DNA of 63,654 bases, filler included, from Reticulomyxa filosa (Eukaryota; Protista; Foraminifera): assembly GCA_000512085.1 (NCBI GenBank). It is 16 parts of 16 records of this genome, joined end to end, with 100 filler letters (N's around TTAATTAATTAA, not from the genome) between each part and the next. Parts side by side here need not be neighbours in the genome. Positions count along the whole stretch, not along the records: positions 24,520 to 33,667 come from ASPP01000774.1; positions 33,768 to 39,492 come from ASPP01004007.1; positions 39,593 to 41,974 come from ASPP01008023.1; 13 more parts are not named here. One strand, 5' to 3'. Position 1 is the stretch's first letter. Every line of letters starts with the position of its first letter. Positions 26,473 to 39,669 of the stretch are shown in pieces. The notes beneath the pieces are model-generated. The model saw only the letters and a list, made by a program, of their open reading frames with translations. It was not told the DNA's origin and made no database searches. Position numbers and translations under genes: made by a program.

Positions 26473-27597
26473 CAAAGATACCTCCAAAGATTGATCGGTT
26501 TTCTGCTGAGCAATGTCCCGACTCAGTTCAGCATTTGCACATAGCAACAATTGATTGAATACATCAATCGTAGGTTGAATTGATGTGTGAACACGATCGG
26601 AAGAAGAAGAAGAAGAAGAAGAAGAAATAAGGATGAGGATGACAATGGAGTTGTATCGCTGGAGCAAAATTGGTGTAAATATCGACGGCTTTGCTCCACT
26701 TGCCAAGACGTGTACAGATTTGTAGCAAAAGCAAGACGGTGGTGGCGTGCATCGAGGCGGAGGGGACGCCGACGACCAGTTGGTTCCATTGCTGCAAATA
26801 TTGCAAGGCCATGTCCAAGTCCCACGCCGACCGGCAAGCCCGGAGGAGGGAGTTGATGTGTGAAGGCCTCGCCGTCATGCGCATCGCTTCGTTGTCTTTC
26901 ATTCTCGCCATCATGCGGTCAAATAACCCGCAGCAGTCTAGCAGATCATATCGTGACAAACAATAGTCTTTGTGATTGTCCATAAAATTCAAATGCAATC
27001 CACTTAAAATTATATATATATATAATTATATATACATATATATAAAGTTGTGTTGTTAAACAGACTTTTTCAAAAAAAAAAAAAAAAAAAAAATTAGGAA
27101 AAAATAAAGTCATTGCCAAGACTCAACTAAAATTGAAAGTTTTGAAATGATCGCAATTCCTTTTTCAAAAACATGGCGGTTTGGCTCTTCCAATCACTGG
27201 GATAAAGGACGAACCTTTGATTCAAACAGTTGAGCAAGTGCAAAAGTGATTGCAATTGGGCGCGATTCCGAACTTGCTGCTCATGTTCTCAAAGATTGCC
27301 AGAGCTTGCGAATACTTGGGCGGATGGCTGCGACTGCAGCATTGCAGCACTAGCTCCAACATGACGTCATTCGGTTTCAACCCAATCAAAAACCGTTCTC
27401 TTCTCTCCATCTCCTTCTCCGCTGTTTCCGTCGACACGTACTTGAAATATCTGTCAAGATGCTCCCAATCTCCTGCCTCTGCACAGGCACGCATCACACT
27501 ACAAAACATTTCCAATCGTATTACACTTTCATCTTTGATGTCAATCACATTCAACTGTTTTTCATTTTGCTGAGTAAGATTATTATTATTATTATTG

Positions 27598-27650
<53 letters not shown>

Positions 27651-28409
27651 AACTTGTAAATAGTCTTCAAACAGTTGTAAAATGTAATGATAAGAATGTT
27701 TATGTTGGTGGACATGCAGGCTTTGGAGGGTTGCCAGTACGATAGCATTGTACATGATGAGCATACCATCATTTTTGAGAATATCACTTGGATGTGATTG
27801 GAACAGCATGTGCACATCCTTATACAAAAGCAGCATTTCGTCAATGCATCCCAGTCTGCCATATCCGTAAATCAACATGCCGTGAATGGGCACAAACATC
27901 ATTGGTGTTTGTGTGGACATTGTTGCTGCAAGGTTGCTCGTTTGATTGTGTCCTCGCGTCGCTTGTGACAACACTTGGTTGATAGCCTCGTGTAAATGTC
28001 GCAATGTTGACACTTTGTTGGACTCCACGCAGTCTATTACCATCTCATGCCACGAAGATAGTGTCTCCATTGGTATCACGTCCTTCGTCAATTGGTTCCA
28101 ATTGCCTTTGGTCATATAGTACTCAAAGGATTGCTCGGACCATATCTTTTTCAAGTTCTCTGAAAATGTCACTCTGCTACCTTCTTCTTCTTCTTCTTCT
28201 TCTTTGTTTAGTGTTGCATTTCCTCTATCTTTTTGCTCTGCAGAGCTCACGCTTGGTCTCACATTTTTCGGTGTCAACCGTTGTTTTGCTACACCTCCTA
28301 TCCCATGCAATGCTCGTACACAAGGAGCAGAGCGGAGTGGTCCACGCAAACAAAGTTGCTGGGGAAGAGAGCGATATGATCTTGACAACAGTGCGCCCAG
28401 GAAACCCAT
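25563..28409 (-). CDS. Mitochondrial-type pentatricopeptide repeat protein with C-terminal SMR-like domain (about 4 exons)
   Basis: Presequence MGFLGALLSRSYRSL; PPR motifs (HGMLIYGYGRLGCIDEM, FCSVMRACAEAGDW, PNVWTWMSLLQGCATIG); C-terminus VDVHSF..LRVVTECGLGS..NNGVLVV. Confidence 0.8.
27579..27652 (-). repeat. Coding (AAT)n poly-Asn tract
   Basis: Direct read. Confidence 0.9.
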
Positions 28410-28844
28410 CCAAAAAACTTTTCTAAAGCTTCAAAAGTGGGAAGGCACAAGATTATCAATGGGGGCCTGACAATTCTTTAGAACATACAAGATTATTGTC
28501 AAGCAGTTCTTTTCAACACTGTATGTATTCTCAACCTAGTTCTAAATTTGCTCGACACTTTCAGTTCTGTAGTACGCTTGTATTTGAAACATGTGATCTT
28601 TAATTTTTCATTTTTTGTTTAAGTCCTATTTTTGATATTTTTTGGAATTTTGCTACTTGGAATTTATATTCATACCATTTTTTTATCTGATGCTATCTTT
28701 GCTTCCGCTGACAAGCAAAAAATGTCAAAAAATCGGAATTTGATAATTTTCATGTTTACAATAAAATAAAATGCTGTAAAAACGGATATTTGATTTGTGT
28801 TGGCCCTTTACTCTTTGGCGTATTTTCCTCAACTCTAAAATACA

Positions 28845-30773
28845 ATGACATCTACCTCTAAATCATCGTACATGTATGATTATGTGGTAAAGTTGATAGA
28901 TAATGCAGTAGATCAAAAAGATCTCTTAGTACTGCTAAATGAGCTGGTGGAATTGGACGAGTTGAAGTCGCTTTTGAAGCAAAAGCTGAGCAAAATCAAC
29001 GAGCGCATTGAGCAAGAAAGCGAGAAGAAATCACAATCAGAAGAAAAGATGCGCACGGTATATTTGCGAACTTCTTCTATCGACCAAATTCTGTCAAGTA
29101 ATGTGCAGGTGCACATTGTGTCGTATTTGGGGTCGAAGTCATATTCCAGTCTGTCCATCTTGTCTCACGCATTTTACAAACTATTTACTTCCTATCCTCT
29201 CCTGTACAAAACAGTTTAAGCGGATTGAGAGGGGGGGGGTGGATTAATTAGAGAAGAAAAGAAAATTTTTATTACTTTTTTTTTTAAAAAAAAAAATAAA
29301 TAAATAAATAAAAAAAAAGTATACATTACGATTGTCAAGTTTCGTGCCCGACAGAAGTATGAAAGAAGACGTAAAGTTGTGTTTAGAAGTGGACCACACG
29401 CAAGAGACAATTAAGATGTTTTTCAGCAACAAACAAAATTTAGTTCAGATCAACAAATCGTCGGTTTTCACATCTCAATTCCCTTGGGGTTCCATTCGTC
29501 GATGGCAACTCGTTGGCACTGGTTATGTATACATATGTACATATATATATAAATATATATACATATATAATTTATTTTGTTTTGTTTTAAATGTGTAGCA
29601 ATAATATAAGATTTCAATTCTTAAATGAAGTTTGTAAAGCACAGATGTTTGCTTAGTCAGCAAAAAAAAAAAGTGTTTTTCTAACCTCTTTTTTTTTTTA
29701 TCATTTTTTTTAAAAAAAAAAAGGAATATCGGATTGGATGAGCAGATTGACCGAAAAACCAATGTTTCAATTCGTTCCTCCGCTGGTTTCATCTCTGGGC
29801 ATGAAGAGGACAGAGAAGTGGGACGAAGTAGAAAGCTTGGTGACGTCAGCGGACACACAGCTTGAGATGGGTGCGAACCATGGACTGATCTATTACCACC
29901 GAAAAAATGAGGACGGCAGAGCGTACGAGAATAGAGGCAATTACAGAAGAGCAAAGGGGAGTCCGTTGTTTGTTCGAAGGATGGGCCAGAAAAGAAGAGC
30001 AGGAGAAGAAGAAGAAGCAAGAGAAAGAAGAAGAAGGAAAAGTGAAACGAATAGCGACAACGAATCCAGCGAAGTGGAGGAAAGAAAGACAAACGATCAC
30101 CAAGCATTGTCTGGAATCTTAAATCTCGAAATCAGCGAGACGAGCACGTCCAATGCGGGCACCAGCCTATATACTACATATCGCGGCAATGCGAAGACGG
30201 AAAAGAGAGAAGATTTGACCATGAATGGCGATGGATACTTCCTGGTCGACAACTGTCTGCAAGACAAGGAGCTGCTCTTGCACGCAGTCGACAGTCTGTC
30301 GTTTGCGACGGCGGTGGAAGAGATCTTTGGTAGTGACTACAATCGAAGATATGTCAATAGGAACTCGTATGAGTACAATAACGTCTTTATGCATCATAAC
30401 TATCACTACAACAACAATAACAATAATAACAATAACAACTACAATTATAATTATAACTATAACTATAATAACTATAGTCAGCACTATACCAGCTTTGACG
30501 ACAACAACAACGACAACAACAACGACAACAACGACAACAACAACGACAATAATAACACAACAACAATAACAATAAATAATAACAATAACAACAACATCTA
30601 CGATAACTACAACGGTTATGACTACAACTACGACGTTTACGGTTATAATAACGATTACGACGATTTCAGTTATAACGATTACACTTATAATACCCGCGAT
30701 TACAGTCACAGCAATGACAGCAACAATATCAATCGTGTCAATACTATTGGTTCTATCACCATCAACGCTATCA

Positions 30774-30857
<84 letters not shown>

Positions 30858-33667
30858 TTTTGAATGAAACAAACAACAAACACAATACAAAAAATGCAAA
30901 CAACAATGGTTCTACTTCTGGTGTTACAAACGGACATTCAGAAAACAAAAAGGAACCTTTGTCAAAAGTGGAAACCAAAAAGAAAACAATAGAAACCAAG
31001 GAAAACAAGAAAAATGAGACAAATATCCCGCCCAAGACGCTAAAGCCTCGAGCGAATGACACTCCAACAAATACAAAGACCACGACCACTCCGAAGCCTG
31101 CAGCCAAGCAAGAAGCGGAAGCGGTGAACACGGCCATGTTGGAACGCTTTTTCCAGCAAGTGGAAGAACTTACGCAAGAAATCCATGCGTCGTTGTCAAA
31201 ACTGGATGCATATGGCAATGGCACGTTGGACCCAACGGACTTTGCGGAGAGCGTGCGTGAGTACCTGCCTTGGGTCGACCCGAACAAATGTCAGATTTTG
31301 CATGAGTACTTTAGCGACTTGAGTGATGAAAAAGTAGCCAACGCAGAAAGCAAAAACAGTGATATTCTCGCCACTCTGACTATCTCCAATGACAACAATG
31401 GTCATTCCACTACCCATACTGCCTCCAATTCGATCAGTCAAACCATTGTGAAACGTTCAATCGGGTTATTGAATGATCCTTCGTCCAAAGTTCGAAATAC
31501 TGGTAATCACAATCACAATACGAGCAGTGTTACCACTATCAACACCAGCATTAATACAAATACAAATACAAATACAAATACGAATGCAAATACAAATGCA
31601 AATGCAAATACAAATACTAATATCAATACAAATACAACAACCACTGGCAATGGCAAAACAAACAACCCCAAATTGTTACATAGCAAAAGTGGCAACAGCG
31701 GATATTCAATAAGCAAGTCGCACACGAAAAGTGTGGATGACCAATCTCACAGCAGCAGTGGGATGCAGCTGATTGGGGCGACCAAGCCCCCTCGACAATC
31801 GTTTCAAAAGCATGACAACTCCGACCACACGTATGGAACGACGCTGGAAGAACTAGTTATATCCGATGGCAGCAACTTGTATATGTCTTCGTTGAATCTA
31901 AAGCTGCTCGAAATGAGCATTGACAAGTTTATCAAAGTACTGCGAATCGTCGCGTTATCACGCCAGCCGTCCAATTTGTGGGATGGATATGCCAATGCTA
32001 CTGAGCTTTTGAAAGATTCATTGGAGCAATTGTTTCCATTAGCTGTCAAACATTTTGTGCGTATATACATATACATACATATATAAATGTATATGTATAT
32101 ATGTACCTATCAAATGAAAAAAGGAAGAGGAGGGGGGGAGATCATACAATACATATATACAACATATAAATATAAATAAATATATTTACATTTATATATA
32201 TATACATATATATGTATATTTTAAATAGTATCCAAAACTCTTGAATCGCATTCGACATGACTTGGAAAGCGTAAACGAACGCAAAAACGGCAATTTGGGG
32301 TTGGAAGACTTGCTCAACGCATTTCACAAATTGAATTCGTCGGAAAATGCCAACTTCCCATCAATGGACTTTTCGTCCAACTCGTCGAGTAAGACGGGCG
32401 CGACGAGGCTGTCCGTGGGCCAAAAAGAGCAGCAGGAGCTGGTAAACACAAAGGCGTTGGAGCATTTGGCTCGACAGGTCATGCAGATCAGTAAGTACTA
32501 TTATCATAAAGAAAATGATCAGACGAGTCACATCGTTATGAAAGAGACAAGTGTGAGCATATCGGAGTTGATGAAACGATTGGAATACGAAGCCTCAATG
32601 ATCGAAACATCAGTAGACGAGATGACCAAGCAATTGGGTGAAGTGAAGCATTCTCGTAATCGTGATCGTGGTCATGATCCCTCTTCCCCTTCTCCTTCCA
32701 ATGACAATACAAAAAAACTATTGGAAGATAATCCATCACGTCTGCTGTCCAATGAAATCGACACTCCCGGAGATTGGTTCCCATTTTTCCAAGTCGTGTT
32801 TGAGCCAAACAAATACGCCGAAAAAAGGCCATCATTTGTCGCAGATCAATAGTCAAAACTCGTCGCCCAAAAGCTATCACGGTCATAGAGCCAACAACCA
32901 TGTTGCTGTTGGCAATCCCAATTCCAAGTCCGATGGCGTTTCTCTTGACAAAATGGACTCTATCAAATTGAAGCCCTCTGTGGTTACGTTGTGTTGTGTT
33001 GTATTGTATAATAACTCATTACTTCATTATTCATTTGTATGTCTGCTGGAAACAATAACCAAAGAGCGAAGTCGGACCCGATTTCGCGACCGAAGTGAGA
33101 GAGGACAACCAAGGCGCAAAGCGCTTGACTGTGCCCAATGCGCTGCACAAGCAGGGTCACGAGGCTTATGCGAGCGAAGAAGAGCGCTTCGGAGAGCCCT
33201 CGTATGAGGACAAAATCAATGACGGCGACAGCGACAACTCCGTGCAAAATGACGAGGAAGAGGAAGAGGAAGAGGAAGATGTGATAGATGACGACGATAA
33301 CGACAATAATGACGACGATAATGACGATGATAATGATGATGACAATGGAAACAGAAAAGAGCAGCAGCAACAGCAGCAGCAGCATAAAAAGCAGATGCAG
33401 GTCCAAGAGAACAAAGGTGTGGTTAAGCATTCGAAGGCCGACGAAGAAGAGGACGAAGATGAAGAAGAAGAACAAAATAGTGGAAACGGAGACGATGACG
33501 ACGAAGAAAACAATGAAGAGCAAGGCAATGACGATAATGGCAATAAAGAAGAAGAGGATGAAGATGAAGATGAGGATGAGGATGAAGAAGTGAGAGATGA
33601 AAATGGGGGCAATGGAGACGAAGACAATGACGATGATGATGATGATGATGATGATGAAGAAGAAGAA
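28845..33667 (+). CDS. Large multi-exon protein with F-box-like motif, EF-hand-like motifs and long Asn/Asp/Glu low-complexity tracts; 3' truncated
   Basis: SIDQILSSNVQVHIVSYLGSKSYSSLSILSHAFYKL (F-box-like); LDAYGNGTLDPTDF (EF-hand loop); exons follow ORFs 28845, 29332, 29738, 32241 and 33095 separated by T/A-rich introns. Confidence 0.6.
30779..30856 (+). repeat. Coding (AAT)n poly-Asn tract
   Basis: Direct read. Confidence 0.9.
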
Positions 33668-33767
33668 NNNNNNNNNNNNNNNNNNNNNNNNNNNNNNNNN
33701 NNNNNNNNNNNTTAATTAATTAANNNNNNNNNNNNNNNNNNNNNNNNNNNNNNNNNNNNNNNNNNNN

Positions 33768-34718
33768 TTTGTATTTGTATTTGTATTTGTATTTATATTT
33801 ATATTTATATTTGTATTTGTATTTATATTTGTGCTTGTACTGATATTGGTGTTCGCTGTGTTTGTTGGCGCTTGAATTGTCAATTGTTCTTCATTTCTAC
33901 CTCCGTTGTCTGATGCCTTCTTCGCATCCAAGGTTTTTGCCGCTTTCTGCAATTCCACATTTTCATTGTCCCATATTTCTTCATTCATATTCTGTCGTAT
34001 GTATATACATTTATATGCATATACACATATATGTATGTGTGTACATATATATTTTTATTATCATTTGTTTGTCTATTTATTTATTTTGTTATACTGTATT
34101 TCAAATACAGCTTTGTTCATTTATACACTTTAACAAATCCTATTTGCAATACTTTTTCTTTTTTTTTTTTTTGAATTGCATTGGACTGTACCAAGGATGA
34201 AGTGGAAAGAAAAGGGGAAACAACACTTCAAAAAAAAAAAATGCCATTCAGATTGTTTGATTGTTAACTTAACTGCGAAGTGCACATAAGGCGAATAATT
34301 TATGTATGACTGCGATGTGATGACAGAAGAAGTAAGGGCTATTTTGGACAAGACATTTCTTTTGTCTTATTTTTTCACTTTTCTTCCTCTCTATCCCCCC
34401 CCCCCTTTTTTTTTTACTCCTCCGTTATACCAAAAGAGCATATGTACCATTTGTTCTTTTTTCAAATCGATTCATTAAAAGCTTTGCAACGTGGCTGTCC
34501 AAATCGAACTGCTCCAATAAATCAAATAAACTGACAGACATTTTGTTGCATAATTCTTTGGTGATGAATAACTCGGCCGCTTCCAAAACCCTCTTGACAT
34601 ATATGCCAAAAAAAAAGGACGCGTTCGAGTAAAAAGAAACAAAAATATTGACAAAAACATACAACCTAACTTCATCGACTCTCAACTCACGTGCAAGCGA
34701 ATGGAATGGAGAAGACAT
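33768..34718 (-). CDS. Hypothetical multi-exon protein, 5' part
   Basis: MSSPFHSLARELRVDE|..VLEAAELFITKELCNK..|..NEEIWDNENVELQ with intervening GT-AG introns. Confidence 0.45.
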
Positions 34719-37700
34719 TTTAATAAAACAAGTTTGACTATGATTTACAATTTGGTTAATGTAAAAGTGACGCCCTCCCGGCACGTTGTCATTAACGACT
34801 CGTTCAAAGTTACAATATTTTTCATTAGTAAAATCTTTACATAGCTATATTATTATTCTGCTGTTCTAGTGTTTTGACGTACAAGTGCTATACTATTTTT
34901 GTTTTTGTGCTTAGCAGCATTGCGTTTAATCGAAACTACGAAAAGTAGCACAAAAATAGAAAAAATATATTCGTCAAAGCTTTGATTTTGTTTTTATTAT
35001 TTGAAGAAATGTTTACGATAAATTGAATTAAATGCCGAGACATGACGAAGAAACCAAAACTGTAAAACGACAAAATTTTAGAAAAATGACTGCAGCTGAA
35101 AGAGAAACAAATTAAGTTGATTTGTCAACGCCAATCAATAAATCAATAAATAATATTGTCGAAAGATACTTATTGAAGTGTTGTGATATTAACGAAATTT
35201 ATGACAGTCCTGTGCTTAAGTAGCTTACTTTTAGATACGGAAATCGTATATTGCCTGAAGACAAAGCGAGTATTTAGACACGAAACACACGTTATTACTA
35301 GGTACCACAGCATCAATGGCAGAACTGCAGATACAAATATGTACAATGCAAACAAGTAGCGATTCGCTTAATCATATGTCTAATAGTAACGTTTTCAGCA
35401 ACGTTTCAAAACAACAGTCGTAACAACCCAGAAACGGAAACACTTAAAAATCAATTTCATTAAGTGTAAGTTTTTGTTTTCGAAACAATGAAAATATTAT
35501 TATGTGCAACCGTACTGGTCAAATTTCAGTCTTTCCTCAAGGAGCCTGGACCCTGATATATATAAACTTTTATTCTTTTGATTATCATTAATCTCCTAGT
35601 TTGATAAAAAGAGTTATAATTGAAAGTGTAACTTGCCGCAAGATTAAAGCACCAGATCAGACTAGCAAAGACTCAGAAAGGAAATATAGAAAAACATAAA
35701 TTTAAGAAAACACGATTTATTACAAAATCAAAACGCTGATGATAACAATGTGCAAATAAAACACGACAAACAGAAATAAGACATACAAATGTGGGATAAA
35801 GATGATCAAGCACAATATAACAAAAATTATAGCAACATATGAGAACGATTATCAAAATAATAATGCAAATATGAATACATATATAAATGATAAAAATAAT
35901 ATATTACAAAGAATCAATATAATAACATTGTTAAATTAGTATTTATATGTACAAATAACATTACGAGAGTTCCCCAATATTGTCAAAACAGCAAAAATAA
36001 GCAGTAATTGAACTAAAAAGATTGAAGAGATAGCACAAACTGCAATAAAGAAACTAAATAGAACAAAATTTGTAACAGTTGAACAAAAAAGTACTTATTC
36101 ACACAATAAAATACAATAATGGAGACATAAAATATGAAAGCAAATAATTTACAACATAATAACAAGATACTTGAAAACAAATATTTAATTTGCAAACGAA
36201 ATCAATGAACATAAATGCGAACACACGATTTGCAACACTGAACCAAAAGCAATGTTATATACAACTGGAAATAGCAATGACAAAAAATAATAAATTAACA
36301 CGAAATTGTCAAATGGGACAATAGCGCATAATTAAGAACACGATTGGCAATGCTAAATAAAAGGCAACTAAGCAAATACGCAATCAACAAAAACATAGTT
36401 AAATGACAAAGAAGTATATACACAATTGCAATGCGAAAACGAATATGCAGTTAGCAAGCTAAACAATAGAATCGATCATAAAGTGTGCAGAAACATAATT
36501 GAAAAATTCTAAAATAAAATCTAGTAATGTGCATATAACTATTATAATTGAATCAGAAGATTTAACTGATTATTGAAGAACAATCTATTTATTATCATTT
36601 CAATTACATCAATCAAAGAACCAGATGACACAATTGATTCATGTATGACAATAACATATTGCAATACTATTTCAAGAAGATAGTAAATGAATTGAATAGA
36701 ATTGCTGTTTTCATCATATTTAACTGATGATCGTACCTTTAACTAAACAATAGTATTATTTGTTTTCCTTCGTTTTAATCATTTCTTGTTAATTTTCTGA
36801 TTGTAATACAAGACATCTAATTATCAGTTGATAAACATCATGTTTAATAAGTTAGACTAAAAAGTTTCGGGGCACATTTAAAAATTCTATTATTGCAATT
36901 ACGTTTTACAAAAGGACAAGTTTTGGTTTTGCAAAAAAAATAAAGTTCATACAAAGTAATATTTTATTAAAGTTTAAAAAACAGTTAAGTTTTAACACAA
37001 ATGACTATACTTGGTAATACATGAACAAAATTTTTCAATTATTGCTTTTATAATATGCTATGCTGATAGCTTAATTGTGTATTTAATTCTTAACTAACCT
37101 TTTTCACTTCAATAAGTTTTTGTCTGACGATGAGTGAAATGTTTAGTTCTATTGCTATATCGTGACTTGAACTAATTTTAAAAAATGTTCTTCATTTGGA
37201 TGCTATACTACACTGCTGTTGCTAACTTCAGTCGATTGGCTTAAAAATAATGCACAAAATACGTAATCGAATTCGTTCAATAATAACGTCTTTGCTCATT
37301 TTCCTAAATCATATAATATTAATTTTAAAAAAAGGCACATTGTCAATAATCTGCCATCCTCATTTAAAACTTCTTAAAGCGCAAGTACAATTAATGCAAA
37401 TCGTTCACTAGCGAATATATAACTACTATGCAATTACTCCTTCAAAAAAAAAGAAAAACATAAGTATATCTAACTTTGTCACATAACAATATTTTTCACC
37501 AGAATTTCACCAATCGATATATAAAAGTTTTTCCTAACTCAATGACTTTGTTTGGACGCTTCAATTATATTTTCCATTTTTAATGTTTGAAATTAGTAGT
37601 TATTTTTAGTATGTTTTGACATGTAACAATTATTCTCTTTCCAATGTGAAAATGATATTTGACAAATAATTTTTCTTTTCGTTTTTTTTTTTTTTTTTGC

Positions 37701-38254
37701 ATTTTTTTTTTTTTAATATTTGTCATTTTTTTTGACAGCATTGTAATTTTTAGAAATTACTCAATTGCATCAAACTATTTATTTTACTACATACCAAAAC
37801 AAAATTAAAATACATAACATATTGAGTTTGTTAAAGATATAATCGCAAAAGCTTTTTTAAGTCAATCAAATTTTTTAAATTTGGTGAAATATACAAGATG
37901 GATTGTTTATGTTTACTTATTGCAATTGTTGCAAATGGTTTTGTTGTTTTTGTTAGTGTTACCGGTTGTTGAAATGATTCCAAACAATTTTAAATGTGTA
38001 TTCACTTTTTTAAAATTTTAAAAACAAATTATGTTCAAAAGTTTCATTTTTTTCTATATAAGAAGGGAGCAGGTGCAACATTGGAATAGAAAGGTAAAAA
38101 AGAGTGATTTGTTTTGAATAAAGAGTGTATGAATTAATTGCAAGGCCATCAAATAATTGAAAGAAGGAAGCGAATGAGATGCAATATTGTCTTTATAGAT
38201 CAACCAATACTTTTAATTTTTACAATAAAAAAAAAAACACAAAAAAGAGAATTT

Positions 38255-39085
38255 TTAAAAATCCAGTCGTTGGAATCGAATTTTAAACAAAAATCCATCA
38301 CAGTGTTTGACAAAATATGGAACTGCATCAATTGATAAAGAGTACTGTCGCTTCTCTTTGATTATAACAGCATCTTTAATTTCTTGCAATTGATTTCTGG
38401 TCGGCAGTGGGCCCTTTTGTGTTATCTGATATTTTTGTTCATAATCCGAAATTAAGCATGCACAGCACTCCATTGTATTCACACAGGCATTTTGATTTAA
38501 CAAACATGCGACTTTGTTTAGATGAATATGTGGATCGAAATCGAATAAAGAGAACTCTAAATGAAAAAATCCAATTGAATGGCGAGTTATGTATTCTATG
38601 AAAGGTACCCACATGCTACCAGTATCCCAACGTGCACTATACAGTTTTACAAGCACGTACACAAATAACATGCCCTTCAAAAAATAAATAAAATAAATAT
38701 ATATATAAAAAAAAAGAAGAAGAGCAAAGTATCGAACTTTAATTGCATTTTAGTGACACACAAATTGAATCGTAGATTATTGGAATAGCTATCGTAAGTG
38801 TAGCTCAAAGCAAAAGATAAAATAAGTTTGACAATATTAACATCAAGGAGATGTTCTGTCCAATTGATAGACAACTTTTGGATTATAGTTTCAATATATT
38901 CATCCAGACATGTTTTGTGATGCCCATGCAATGCCTCCAAAAATTTGTTCCAAGTGTTTTTTTCAACCACCCTTTCAGGCGAAGTATTAGAAACTGGCAG
39001 AACAAGCTCTGTATCAGTTTTGTTTGCATTGTTGCTATTGTCATTGTTATTGTGTTTATCATTATCTTTATCGTTATTGTTGTCA

Positions 39086-39123
<38 letters not shown>

Positions 39124-39354
39124 GTTGTTACTATTGTCATTGTTATCATTATCAATATCATCAATTGATTTATAACGCTTTTCAGGACAAGGAACAGTCA
39201 AAAACAAATAAGACGGCAATAATACATTAAAGCGAATCAAATTGCCATTGACAGTTAAAAAGTGATTTAAATGTGTAAACAATTCCATCCGACGCTGTGC
39301 AAATGTGTTGTCATCTGCAAAGTCTCTATCTTTTTCAAATTGCAAGTGTGACAT
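38255..39354 (-). CDS. Hypothetical protein with poly-Asn insert (at least 2 exons; upstream part truncated)
   Basis: ORFs 38677-39354 and 38255-38680 separated by a short T-rich intron; no family recognised. Confidence 0.55.
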
Positions 39355-39669
39355 GTGTATAGTATGTATGTAATGTGTTTGTTTGCATAGACAAAAGCAA
39401 TAATAAGTTATGTATTATCATAATTATTGCAATTGTCATCACTTTTTTTTTTTTTTTTTTTTTTTAAGCAAAAAAAAAAAAAAAAAAAAAAANNNNNNNN
39501 NNNNNNNNNNNNNNNNNNNNNNNNNNNNNNNNNNNNTTAATTAATTAANNNNNNNNNNNNNNNNNNNNNNNNNNNNNNNNNNNNNNNNNNNNCCTTTTCT
39601 TTCAGTTTTGTTTTTTTTTTTTTTTTTTTTTTTTTGGTTGTTATTGTTTGGTGTCCTCATGTTTTCTCT

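Noticed and set aside
30167-31725. Poly-Ile/Leu/Val hydrophobic ORFs resembling membrane proteins
   Set aside because: Antisense or off-frame readings of AAT/GAC/AAC trinucleotide tracts; the same applies at 27459, 33166, 38851 and 60946.
35000-38100. Coiled-coil and WD40-like remnants
   Set aside because: Only scattered short peptide resemblances; not supportable without a profile search.
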